Source: an uncultured Rhodobacteraceae bacterium
Lineage (GTDB): Bacteria; Pseudomonadota; Alphaproteobacteria; Rhodobacterales; Rhodobacteraceae
DNA length: 64,000 nucleotides
Direction: 5' to 3'
Assembly: GCA_947493145.1 (NCBI GenBank)
Contig: CANLPZ010000002.1
Location: 331,364-395,363 of the forward strand
This document shows, one piece after another, positions 55,204-64,000 of this stretch. The notes below the pieces were generated by a model. That model had not been told where the DNA came from, ran no database searches, and saw only the letters and a list, made by a program, of their open reading frames with translations. The position numbers and the translations under genes are program-made. Positions within the stretch are counted from its first letter, which is position 1. Each line of letters starts with the position of its first letter.

Positions 55204-56577
55204 ATGAGCGCACATCAAACTGAAACTTCGGGTAAGGCACAACCGGGCGCGCGTGAGATTTTCGCACTCGCTTGGCCCATGACGATTAAGGCGTTATTCC
55301 TTTATGCCACGGTGGTAATTGACGGATTGTTGGTCGCTCCCATTGGGGAGTCGGCCCTTGCGGCTATGGGGCTTGCCGCCGCCTTAGGTGGGATCGTCTT
55401 GGGGATGATTTTCGCGTTTTCGCACGCCATGCAAATTCGGTCAGCACAAGCCTTTGGTAACGGCGACCCTGTCTTTTTGAAATCGGTTCTTGTCAGCGGT
55501 ATGGTCATCAGTACCATAATTGGGATTGCGGGTGTCGTACTTATCAATATTGTCGGTGCCCCATTGGTGGATTGGCTCGCGCCGACACCTGAAATCGCCG
55601 CTCACGCGCGCATTTATCTGGCGATCTTTTCCGCCGTGGTTTTGGCTGAGGCCATTGGACAGTCTATCGCCAGTTTCTTTAATGGCTGCGGTATGACTAA
55701 ATTGCCGCTTTATGGTTATTTGGTTTCTGTTCCCGTCAATGTGGTTGCATCGATGGGGCTGATCCACGGCCTATGGGGGCTGCCGCAAATGGGCGTGGCA
55801 GGTGCCGCTATGGGAAGCGCAATCGCGCTTACCATCCAAATGCTGCTGTGGTTGTTTTTTCTGTTCCGCCGACACGGCAAATTGCGCCTTGTCGAAGGAT
55901 GGCACAATGGATCCTTTGGGGCGACTTTGCGACGCCATGTTCAGTTTTCGCTCCCTATTGCTGCGACATTTATCAGCTCGACGATGGCAACTCATGTCTG
56001 CTCTTTGATTTACGCAAATATGGCGGTGAATGCGTTTGCGGCCCTGACTTTGATCGCGCCTTGGAACATGCTGACCGGACAGATCGCAATGCAGTGGACA
56101 CAGGCGACTGGAATTCTCGTGGCGCAACTCTTGGGGAAACGTACCCCTGAGCCGGTGCTTGACGCATTTCTTTCTCGGGCATGGAAAGGCGCATTCGTTA
56201 CGGCGGCCATCGTTGCTGGCGTGTTCTTGGCGATGTGTTTGTCCCTTGGGTGGCTGTACCCCGATTTAGAAACTGAGACCAAGGCCATTTTATTTGGATT
56301 TTTACCTATCCTTATTGCGGTCCAATTTCCCCGGGCCACAAATGCCATCTGCGGTAACACGCTTCGCGCAGCAGGGGATACAATCTATGTGATGCATATT
56401 TTTGTCTGGTCGCAATGGGCGTTCCGTGTTCCTGCAACCGCGTTGTTGGTTTTGTATTTTGACGCGCCAGCGTTTTGGGTGCTTTCGTTGATTTTTTGGG
56501 AAGAGATTGTGAAGTTACCGTCTTTCCACCGTCGTCTTTGGCGTGGGGATTGGAAGCGGAAAAATATTGTGTTGTAA
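55204..56577 (+). CDS. MATE family efflux transporter
   Basis: 457 aa with ~12 hydrophobic spans and a MATE-like N-terminus (REIFALAWPMTIKALFLYATVVIDGLLV). Confidence 0.8.
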   Translation: MSAHQTETSGKAQPGAREIFALAWPMTIKALFLYATVVIDGLLVAPIGESALAAMGLAAALGGIVLGMIFAFSHAMQIRSAQAFGNGDPVFLKSVLVSGMVISTIIGIAGVVLINIVGAPLVDWLAPTPEIAAHARIYLAIFSAVVLAEAIGQSIASFFNGCGMTKLPLYGYLVSVPVNVVASMGLIHGLWGLPQMGVAGAAMGSAIALTIQMLLWLFFLFRRHGKLRLVEGWHNGSFGATLRRHVQFSLPIAATFISSTMATHVCSLIYANMAVNAFAALTLIAPWNMLTGQIAMQWTQATGILVAQLLGKRTPEPVLDAFLSRAWKGAFVTAAIVAGVFLAMCLSLGWLYPDLETETKAILFGFLPILIAVQFPRATNAICGNTLRAAGDTIYVMHIFVWSQWAFRVPATALLVLYFDAPAFWVLSLIFWEEIVKLPSFHRRLWRGDWKRKNIVL

Positions 56578-56814
56578 CCGGCAATCGAAACAAAAATTTT
56601 TCGTCCGCCAAACAGGCTATAATTCCCTTTCGAAACCTTATTTTGGTTGATTTAAGTTCGTTTCCCGCTTGGTGAAAGGTCCAGTGGCACAAGGTCCCGA
56701 CGGGTGAACTGTAACGGAATACCCTTAATTTGAAAATTTTGGTGTATGATATTTGTTGCGTCAAACACCTGTCGCTGCTTAGATTGAGCTGAATTGAAAG
56801 AGTGAAGTAAGTTT

Positions 56815-59292
56815 ATGAGCAGTCAAAAGTCGATCTGGACGACCTTTTTGCTTGCACTTGGCGTCATACAGCTCCCAACATTTTTGCTTCTTTCAGCGTC
56901 TGTCAGTCAGCACTGCATTGGGCTGTTCCAAGTTGCGGTTGCGATTTTAGCTGCTGTATGTGCCATTGGATTTTTTTTCCGGCGGATGTTGCCGTTTGAC
57001 TTTCTCGGGTTTGTCGTGATCGCGGCGCAGCTTTTCTTGATCTCTATCGATATTTTTGAACGTGGGATACTGTCGCCGTTGTGGGTGTCCTTTATGTCAA
57101 TCCCATGTATCGCCGGAATGATATGGGGCTGGCGCGTGTCTGGTGCGATTTTGGCCCTTTCGGCCGTGGTCTTTGCTGTAATCGGCTGGTTATTCGTTAC
57201 AGATGCGATTTCAATCACAGGGAATGTGGGAAATACGCTGAATTCGCATATTTTGTGGATAGCAACGCTTTATTCCGTCATTTCGACATCGATTGTTGGC
57301 ATCTTTTGTACGAATGTTCTCCGCCAAAAATGGAGACGTGATCTACGGCGATCATTATATGTTCGCGACGAAGTCGAACAAATTCTGGATAACTTGGTCG
57401 AAGCTTACTTTCGGTGTGATGCGAACCATCAGATTACACGGACTTCTAAAACCTTTGACGCATTGTTCGACAATTCGCGCCACGATCAAAAAAATCTTTT
57501 GACCTTTTCCGTAAATCCCGAAGATTTGCGTCCGATTGTCGAAGGTCTGCGCAATGTCGAAACTCCTGCTATGAGGCGGTTTTCGACAACGATGGTGTCA
57601 AAAGCAGGCAAGATCTTGAGCGTTGACGTGCGTTTGGTGCGCATGCTTAACGACGATCAAGAATTCATCGGCTACGAGGGATTGATCCACGATCGCACGC
57701 AATTGGTGGAAAGCGAAGAGTCTCGCATTCGCGCCGAGGTTCAGAAATCTATCGTTGCAGAAAATATCCCAGGCGCCGTGTTTGATTATATTTCTCGCCC
57801 AGATGGCACAGAATCCTTGGAATTCTTGAACGAAAAATGTGTGGAATTTTGGAATGTGTCGGAAGCCGAGGCGTTGGACGATCCAGATACTGTCCGCAAC
57901 AAAATTCTTTATGACGATATGGTGGAACTTCGCCGTAAAGCCGAAAATTCGATGCGGACTATGAAACCCTATGGCCATCGTTGTCGTGTCAAAGGGCCCA
58001 ACGGAATGATACGGGTTTACGATTTAAGAAGCATTCCTAACCGCCAGCAAGATGGATCAATTCGTTGCCACTATGTCGCGCTTGATATGACAAGCGAAGA
58101 AGCAACTCAGCGCGAATTGATGGAGCAAATCAAAATTACCGAACAAGCTGAAAAACAGAAATCGATTGGCCAATTAACGGGCGGTGTCGCGCATGATTTC
58201 AATAATATTTTGGCAGTCATCCTTGGGAATCTCGATTTGTTGGAAATCGAAGAGGACCCAAGTGTTAAGGAAAATTTGATCGCGTCTGCGCGCCAAGCCA
58301 CATTGAACGGTGCCGGTCTTACACGGTCTATGTTGGCCTTTGCGCGTCGAACGCGGCTTGAACCAACCGTGGTCGACGTAAACGATACGGTTTTGCAAAC
58401 TCAACGTTGGGCTGGTCGCACCTTGCCAGCGAATATCGAGGTTGAAACATCTTTGCTTGCGGGTCTTTGGACTGTTGAAGCCGACGTTAGCTCTCTTGAA
58501 AACGCGTTGTTGAATCTGATCCTGAATGCACGTGACGCGATGCCCGATGGTGGTAAGTTGACAATTGAAACATCGAATTTACGGATCGATGACGATTATA
58601 TTGATGAACGCGGCGAAGATGTGAAAACTGGGCGCTATGTCATGCTTGCGGTATCTGACACAGGAACCGGAATTCCCGACGAAATAATTGAGCGCGTGTT
58701 CGAACCGTTCTTTACCACAAAACCGCCGGGGTCTGGGTCGGGGTTGGGCCTGTCGATGATTGATGGGTTTACGCGTCAATCCGGTGGGTTCACGCGGATC
58801 TATTCCGAAGAAAATGTTGGAACGACTATTAAGCTTTATTTCAAAGCGGTAGACACGGACGTCAAAACCGTTGCGAAACCTCAAATGGCCACACCTGCGA
58901 CCATACCTGATCGTGTTAAGGTGCTATTGGTCGAAGATGAACCCGCCGTCCTAACTGTCTTAACAGAAATATTGAAACGATCTGGATATAACGTGTCGTC
59001 TGCCCCCTCCGGTGATTTGGCGCTTCAGATGTTTCAAGACGGCTTGGATGTTGATTTAATGATCACTGACATTGTTATGCCAGGAAACCTGCAAGGCACA
59101 AATTTGGCCAAGGCCGTACGCGAGATACATTCTGAATTGCCGGTTATTTTCATGTCTGGTTATGCAGCCGAAGCCACAGTCCACGGGAACGGGTTGCGTC
59201 CAGAGGACATTCGATTGATGAAACCTGTTCAATCTGCCGATTTGTTGCGCGCGATTGATACTGCACTTTCAAACCAAAGGTCGAAACAGTGA
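56815..59292 (+). CDS. hybrid sensor histidine kinase/response regulator (membrane N-terminus, PAS region, HisKA, HATPase, REC)
   Basis: 825 aa. ~6 N-terminal TM spans. H-box GGVAHDFNNIL, N-box LNLILNARDAMP, G-boxes DTGTGIP / GSGLGLSMI. Receiver domain VLLVEDEPAV...DLMITDIVMPG. Confidence 0.9.
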   Translation: MSSQKSIWTTFLLALGVIQLPTFLLLSASVSQHCIGLFQVAVAILAAVCAIGFFFRRMLPFDFLGFVVIAAQLFLISIDIFERGILSPLWVSFMSIPCIAGMIWGWRVSGAILALSAVVFAVIGWLFVTDAISITGNVGNTLNSHILWIATLYSVISTSIVGIFCTNVLRQKWRRDLRRSLYVRDEVEQILDNLVEAYFRCDANHQITRTSKTFDALFDNSRHDQKNLLTFSVNPEDLRPIVEGLRNVETPAMRRFSTTMVSKAGKILSVDVRLVRMLNDDQEFIGYEGLIHDRTQLVESEESRIRAEVQKSIVAENIPGAVFDYISRPDGTESLEFLNEKCVEFWNVSEAEALDDPDTVRNKILYDDMVELRRKAENSMRTMKPYGHRCRVKGPNGMIRVYDLRSIPNRQQDGSIRCHYVALDMTSEEATQRELMEQIKITEQAEKQKSIGQLTGGVAHDFNNILAVILGNLDLLEIEEDPSVKENLIASARQATLNGAGLTRSMLAFARRTRLEPTVVDVNDTVLQTQRWAGRTLPANIEVETSLLAGLWTVEADVSSLENALLNLILNARDAMPDGGKLTIETSNLRIDDDYIDERGEDVKTGRYVMLAVSDTGTGIPDEIIERVFEPFFTTKPPGSGSGLGLSMIDGFTRQSGGFTRIYSEENVGTTIKLYFKAVDTDVKTVAKPQMATPATIPDRVKVLLVEDEPAVLTVLTEILKRSGYNVSSAPSGDLALQMFQDGLDVDLMITDIVMPGNLQGTNLAKAVREIHSELPVIFMSGYAAEATVHGNGLRPEDIRLMKPVQSADLLRAIDTALSNQRSKQ

Positions 59293-59297
59293 TCTGA

Positions 59298-60548
59298 TTA
59301 CGCCTTGCTTGACCTTTGCTGTAGGCGTCCGGCCGCGAGTGCCGCACATGCAATCATTATCGTTGAAACGCCTAAACAGGCCACAATCCCCCCGATTTGG
59401 TAGGACAGGCCAGATAACACCGTTCCGATTAATCGTCCTGCCGCATTGGCCATGTAATAAAAACCGACGTCCAGTGTAACGCGATCAGTATCGGTGAAGG
59501 CAAGGATCAAAAAACTGTGCAAGGCGGAATTCAGGGCGAAGATTGCGCCAAAGGCAAGCAATCCAACGACGACAATGGGCGTCAGCAACGCTTGGCCCGA
59601 AAGAGTCGCGACGCAAACCGTTAGCAACGCAGGAACCACAGCCAGCACCCATGCCCAGAACTTGGCTTTACGCAGCGTGTCTTTATCCGATCCGCGGCCT
59701 AAAATTTTGGGCGCAAGCGCCTGCATCATCCCATAACCAATGATCCACAGTGCCATAAAGGTACCGATCATGAAAAACGCGGCTTTGTTGCCCTCTGGTG
59801 TTCCATCTGACCATGCCGCGTAGAAAAAGATCGGAATGCCCACAACGAACCACACATCCCGCGCGCCGAATAGGAAAACGCGTGCCAAACTAAGCCAATT
59901 GATGTTTCGGTTTGTTGAAATCACGTCTTTGAATTTCGCGTCTTTTTTGCCTTGGGGCAGGCCGCTGGGCGTAAACAAAACAACGCCGATAAAAATGACG
60001 CCCAGAACCGCAGCCATCACCATGACAGAAGCCGTGAACCCCCATAAGCCCAGTAACAATGTGCCCAGCAAAAAGCCCAAGCCTTTAACCGCGTTTTTAG
60101 AGCCTGTTAGGAAAGCAACCCATTTGAACAAGCTGCCGGCATGACCGGGTGCAAGAACCTTAACCGCAGATTTCGCACTCATTTTGGAAAGATCCTTGGC
60201 GACACCTGACAATCCTTGGACGCACATTACAAATACAACACTCAACGTCGTGGGCCATGTCGGATCGAGAAACGCCAACGCGACCAAAGCCAATATTTGT
60301 GCGGCTAGGCCGGAATAAAGAGTTGATGTTAAACCAAATCGGCTTGCCAGCCATCCAGCCGATAAATTTGTGGCGACGCCTGCGATTTCATACAGAACGA
60401 AAAGATAGGCCAACTGCACCGGTGAAAACCCAAGCGTATGAAAATGCAGTAATACCAACATGCGCAAGGCGCCATCGGTTAGCATAAACGCCCAATACGC
60501 GGCGGTCACAATCGCATAGGCCGCCTGTGGGTTTTCCTGTTTTTTCAA
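59298..60548 (-). CDS. arsJ: MFS transporter, ArsJ-like (organoarsenical/1-arseno-3-phosphoglycerate efflux permease)
   Basis: 416 aa with 12 TM. N-terminus [32 protein letters not shown] resembles ArsJ as recalled. Immediately downstream of, and overlapping, a GAPDH gene. Only a TTG start at 60548 is available (TTGA overlap with the gap stop). Confidence 0.6.
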   Translation of the reverse strand: MKKQENPQAAYAIVTAAYWAFMLTDGALRMLVLLHFHTLGFSPVQLAYLFVLYEIAGVATNLSAGWLASRFGLTSTLYSGLAAQILALVALAFLDPTWPTTLSVVFVMCVQGLSGVAKDLSKMSAKSAVKVLAPGHAGSLFKWVAFLTGSKNAVKGLGFLLGTLLLGLWGFTASVMVMAAVLGVIFIGVVLFTPSGLPQGKKDAKFKDVISTNRNINWLSLARVFLFGARDVWFVVGIPIFFYAAWSDGTPEGNKAAFFMIGTFMALWIIGYGMMQALAPKILGRGSDKDTLRKAKFWAWVLAVVPALLTVCVATLSGQALLTPIVVVGLLAFGAIFALNSALHSFLILAFTDTDRVTLDVGFYYMANAAGRLIGTVLSGLSYQIGGIVACLGVSTIMIACAALAAGRLQQRSSKA

Positions 60549-61543
60549 AGAGAAGCCCCAACCATTTTAGCCACATCAACCAAGCGGTTGGCGTAACCCC
60601 ATTCGTTGTCATACCACGCGTAGATTTTTACCTGCGTTCCATTCACGACCATGGTTGACGGCGCATCGATAATCGAAGAACGCGGATCGTTCGTATAATC
60701 GGTCGACACCAATGGGCGTGTTTCATACCCAAGGATACCGTTCAATTCGGTTTCAGACGCAGATTTAAATAGGGCATTTACCTCGTCAACGGTTGTGGGT
60801 TTTTCGACTTCGAAAACGCAGTCGGTTAAAGAGGCGTTCAGCAAGGGGACGCGCACCGCATGGCCATTCAATTTGCCGGTGAGCTCTGGGTAGATTAGTG
60901 TGATTGCCGTGGCTGAACCGGTTGTGGTTGGGATCAAAGAATTCAATGCCGATCGTGCACGGCGTAGGTCTTTTGCAGGGCGGTCAACGATTGTTTGCGT
61001 GTTTGTGACATCATGGATTGTTGTGATCGACCCGTGTTTGATCCCTAAATTTTCGTGGATCACTTTGACGACCGGTGCAAGGCAATTGGTGGTACAGCTT
61101 GCCGCGGTCACGACGCGATGTTGCGCGGGGTCGTAAGTGTCGTCATTCACACCGAAAACGATGTTTGCAACTTCGTCTTCCTTAACGGGTGCTGAAACGA
61201 CGACCTTTTGTACGCCCGCATCGAAATAGGGGGCAAGCTTTGCGTTGGTTTTGAAGGCACCTGTGCAATCAATCACCACATCGACACCGCCCAACGGCAG
61301 CGCCGTCAAATCGCGCGTTTGATGTACCGGAATATGCACACCATCGATGGTGATCGAATTGTCATCGAAAGAAAATTCGGCATCCCAACGGCCATGCACT
61401 GTATCAAATTCCAACAAATGCGCGTGCATTTCAGGTGTGCCGACTGCGTCGTTGACCCATGCGAGTTTCGCGCCGCTTTCTAAAAGAGGTCGAATGGCCA
61501 ATTTCCCCATCCGCCCCAATCCATTTAATGCGTAGGTAACCAT
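60545..61543 (-). CDS. gap: type I glyceraldehyde-3-phosphate dehydrogenase
   Basis: Start moved to ATG 61543 ([14 protein letters not shown]). Catalytic [10 protein letters not shown]. Full-length ~332 aa. Confidence 0.9.
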   Translation of the reverse strand: MVTYALNGLGRMGKLAIRPLLESGAKLAWVNDAVGTPEMHAHLLEFDTVHGRWDAEFSFDDNSITIDGVHIPVHQTRDLTALPLGGVDVVIDCTGAFKTNAKLAPYFDAGVQKVVVSAPVKEDEVANIVFGVNDDTYDPAQHRVVTAASCTTNCLAPVVKVIHENLGIKHGSITTIHDVTNTQTIVDRPAKDLRRARSALNSLIPTTTGSATAITLIYPELTGKLNGHAVRVPLLNASLTDCVFEVEKPTTVDEVNALFKSASETELNGILGYETRPLVSTDYTNDPRSSIIDAPSTMVVNGTQVKIYAWYDNEWGYANRLVDVAKMVGASL

Positions 61544-61675
61544 TGTGCGCCCTTTTCTCTGTTGCAATGGTTCCCTACTCAAAACGCTGTTTTCTGTAAA
61601 TGTGACGGTGTGTGAAACTTTTGTAACAACGGCCACTGGCTTGCATGCGCAGGTTGGCTACGTCATAGCAGTCGC

Positions 61676-62749
61676 ATGCGAGATTTAGTAAAAAAGACCG
61701 ATATTTTGATCGTTGGGGCAGGGCTGTCTGGCTTGGCCTTGGCGGACCAACTTGTCCAGGGCGGGCGCGATGTCACCGTGTTAGAGGCCCGACCTGATGT
61801 CGGGGGGCGTATTCTATCGGTCCAATACGCAGACAAAGGATTTGATCTTGGGCCGTCATGGTTTTGGCATGGGCAACCAAAAATTGCGGCACTGATTGAA
61901 CGGTTCAAACTCACGCAATTCGACCAATACGCGCAGGGCGACGTCTTGGCCGAAGATAGCGAAGGTCCGGTGCAACGCGGGGCGGGGTTTGCTTCGATGG
62001 AAGGATCGTTGCGATTGGACGGCGGGATAGGGCAGCTGACCAACGCGCTGGCAGATGCAGTCGGCCGCAATCGGGTATTTTGCGACACGTTGGTCCAATC
62101 CGTGACGTTCGGCGAGAAAATAACAGTCACCTGCGACACCCCGATTGGAACGAAACAAGTTACCGCGAATAAAATTGTTTTGGCGCTTCCGCCGCGTGTG
62201 GCGGTTTCCAGCATTGTATTCGATCCACCTTTGCCACAGACGTCTTTAAACGCAGCGCTCGACGTTCCAACGTGGATGGCCGGCCACGCGAAAATCTTGG
62301 CGATTTACGATGATCCGATATGGCGTGATGCGGGATTGTCGGGCGACGCCATGTCTCGGCGTGGACCAATGGTCGAAATTCACGATGCCTCTTCCGCCGA
62401 AGGTGGCCCATATGCACTGTTTGGCTTCGTTGGCTTTCCGCCACCAATCCGTGCACAGCATCGTGACGAAGTGCTCGATGCTGCACGCGATCAATTGCAA
62501 CGGCTTTTTGGGCCTGCAGCGGGCGATCCAAAGGAACTGATCATGCAAGATTGGGCCTTTGAGGATTTAACATCAACAGATGCGGACCACGTTCCATTGC
62601 AGGGGCATCCCGCATATGGGCGTCCGGCGGCTTTGGGGCCGCTGTGCGATGGGCGATTGTTTTTCGGGTCTACAGAAATGGCGACCACAAATGGCGGTTT
62701 GATGGAAGGTGCGCTGGAGGCCGCCGAAGACGTTGCATCGTTGATATAA
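61676..62749 (+). CDS. FAD-dependent amine-oxidase-like oxidoreductase
   Basis: 357 aa. Dinucleotide-binding motif DILIVGAGLSGLALA...VTVLEARPDVGGR is typical of flavin amine oxidases. Confidence 0.7.
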   Translation: MRDLVKKTDILIVGAGLSGLALADQLVQGGRDVTVLEARPDVGGRILSVQYADKGFDLGPSWFWHGQPKIAALIERFKLTQFDQYAQGDVLAEDSEGPVQRGAGFASMEGSLRLDGGIGQLTNALADAVGRNRVFCDTLVQSVTFGEKITVTCDTPIGTKQVTANKIVLALPPRVAVSSIVFDPPLPQTSLNAALDVPTWMAGHAKILAIYDDPIWRDAGLSGDAMSRRGPMVEIHDASSAEGGPYALFGFVGFPPPIRAQHRDEVLDAARDQLQRLFGPAAGDPKELIMQDWAFEDLTSTDADHVPLQGHPAYGRPAALGPLCDGRLFFGSTEMATTNGGLMEGALEAAEDVASLI

Positions 62750-62782
62750 AAACGCCCTCTGAAAAGAGGGCGCTTCGTTGTT
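62747..62782. terminator. bidirectional intrinsic terminator between convergent genes
   Basis: AAAAA-CGCCCTCT-GAAA-AGAGGGCG-CTTCGTTGTTTG. The stem is 62753-62760 / 62765-62772. Confidence 0.6.
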
Positions 62783-62800
62783 TGTGAGGATGCGGAGATA

Positions 62801-64000
62801 TTAGTCTTCCATTGCTTCCAATTCGTCGATCATTCCCGAAATCATCGACAAACCTTTGTCCCAGAATTTTGGATCGGTCGCGTCCAACCCGAATGGGGCC
62901 AATAGTTCGGTGTGGTGTTTCGATCCACCCGCGCGCAGCATATCGAAATATTTTTCTTGGAAATCGGGGTCGCCCTCTTCGTAGACGGCATAAAGCGCGT
63001 TCACCAGTCCGTCGCCAAAAGCATAGGCATACACATAGAACGGCGAATGTACGAAATGCGGGATATAGGCCCAGAACGTTTCGTATCCTTCGGTGAAATT
63101 GAACACAGGACCAAGGCTTTCGGACTGAACGCTCATCCACAATGCGTTGATATCCTCGGGCGTCAATTCGCCTTCGGCCCGTGCCGCATGGAGTTTGCAT
63201 TCGAAATCGTAAAACGCGATCTGTCGTACGACCGTGTTGATCATGTCCTCGACCTTACCCGCCAAAAGCGTTTTGCGGTCTTCTTTGGTCTCTGCGGCGT
63301 CCAATAGTTTGCGGAACGTCAGCATTTCACCAAAAACTGATGCGGTTTCCGCCAAAGTCAGCGGCGTTGAGGATAACAGTTCGCCTTGTTCTGCGGCAAG
63401 CACCTGATGCACGCCGTGACCCAATTCATGGGCCAACGTCATAACATCACGTGGTTTGCCCAGATAATTCAGCATCACATAAGGGTGGACGGTTGTAACC
63501 GTTGGATGCGCAAAGGCACCGGGCGCCTTACCAGGTTTCACCGCGGCATCGATCCAACCGTCGGTAAAGAACGGTTTGGCGATGTCCGCCATTTTTGGAT
63601 CAAACGCAGCATAGGCGTCCATCACGGTTTTTTCCGCTTCGTCCCAGTTGACCAATTTGGTGTCTTCGATGGGAAGGGGCGCATTGCGATCCCATGTTTC
63701 CATCGTATCGAGCCCAAGCCATTTTGCTTTCAACGCGTAATACCGGTGGCTCAGTTTCGGATAGGCCGCGACAACCGCATTGCGCAGCGCCTCGACCACT
63801 TCTGGTTCCACATGGTTGGACAAATGGCGACCTGTCTGTGCGGTCGGCATCTTGCGCCAGCGGTCTTCGATTTCTTTTTCTTTGGCCAATGTGTTGTGAA
63901 CACGGGCAAAGGTTTTGATGTTTTCGCCAAACACACGGGCCAATTCATGGGTCGCTGCTTCGCGTTTGGTGCGGTCTTGTTCGGTCAGCAGATTCAGTGT
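62801..64000 (-). CDS. pepF: M3 family oligoendopeptidase (PepF-like), 5' end outside the window
   Basis: HELGHGVH zinc motif and an M3B-like C-terminal half. The reading frame stays open upstream of the ORF-track TTG (63943) to the window edge (…TLNLLTEQDRTKREAATHE), so the gene is truncated by the window. Confidence 0.8.
   Translation of the reverse strand, partial: TLNLLTEQDRTKREAATHELARVFGENIKTFARVHNTLAKEKEIEDRWRKMPTAQTGRHLSNHVEPEVVEALRNAVVAAYPKLSHRYYALKAKWLGLDTMETWDRNAPLPIEDTKLVNWDEAEKTVMDAYAAFDPKMADIAKPFFTDGWIDAAVKPGKAPGAFAHPTVTTVHPYVMLNYLGKPRDVMTLAHELGHGVHQVLAAEQGELLSSTPLTLAETASVFGEMLTFRKLLDAAETKEDRKTLLAGKVEDMINTVVRQIAFYDFECKLHAARAEGELTPEDINALWMSVQSESLGPVFNFTEGYETFWAYIPHFVHSPFYVYAYAFGDGLVNALYAVYEEGDPDFQEKYFDMLRAGGSKHHTELLAPFGLDATDPKFWDKGLSMISGMIDELEAMED

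Noticed and set aside
1-64000. Searched for CRISPR repeats, tRNA/rRNA, IS elements, integrases, toxin-antitoxin or defence-system genes
   Set aside because: I saw no regularly spaced direct repeats, no T-loop/acceptor-stem tRNA structures in the long spacers, and no transposase-, recombinase- or nuclease-like ORFs. The window appears to be purely metabolic, transport and regulatory.

Overview
This is a gene-dense 64-kb chromosomal segment with 56 supportable protein genes. I found no rRNA, tRNA, CRISPR array, transposase, integrase or phage genes. It looks alphaproteobacterial, judging by the Rhizobium-type rha locus and the many TRAP and ABC importers, but that is a taxonomic guess only.

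Positions ~270-52,700 form one large carbohydrate-utilisation supercluster:
- A DUF2264 protein, a hotdog thioesterase, a monosaccharide-type ABC importer, an AraC regulator and a distant L-arabinose-isomerase homologue (273-8973).
- A GntR-controlled TRAP transporter with kduI-kduD and a CxxC redoxin (9253-15191).
- A second GntR/TRAP unit (15188-18984).
- A nine-gene operon plus a divergent LacI operon that together look like an oxidative, non-phosphorylated 6-deoxyhexose (L-rhamnose/L-fucose type) pathway. It has two different enolase-superfamily dehydratases and both possible terminal branches (19209-31779).
- kdgF with a second kduI, divergent from a GntR regulator, an LplABC-like oligosaccharide ABC importer and a signal-peptide-less heparinase II/III-like lyase (31901-40885).
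- A canonical Rhizobium-type phosphorylated rhamnose locus, rhaDI / rhaR-STPQ-M-K (40965-51743).
- kdgK (51815-52735).

Taken together this reads as a candidate non-Bacteroidetes system for a rhamnose/uronate glycan. The glycosidic steps are not covered by any recognisable GH105/GH88/GH78 enzyme in the window. This is the most interesting hypothesis here, and it is an inference.

The last ~11 kb is unrelated:
- A YghZ-type aldo-keto reductase flanked by two unusually long non-coding stretches.
- A MATE exporter.
- An orphan hybrid histidine kinase.
- A translationally coupled gapdh-arsJ arsenate-detoxification pair with no other ars genes visible.
- A flavin amine-oxidase-like protein.
- A 5'-truncated M3 oligoendopeptidase.

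All family calls come from motif recognition by eye; no database search was possible. Many ORF-track starts were moved to internal ATGs that have Shine-Dalgarno sequences or 4-bp overlaps with the preceding gene.
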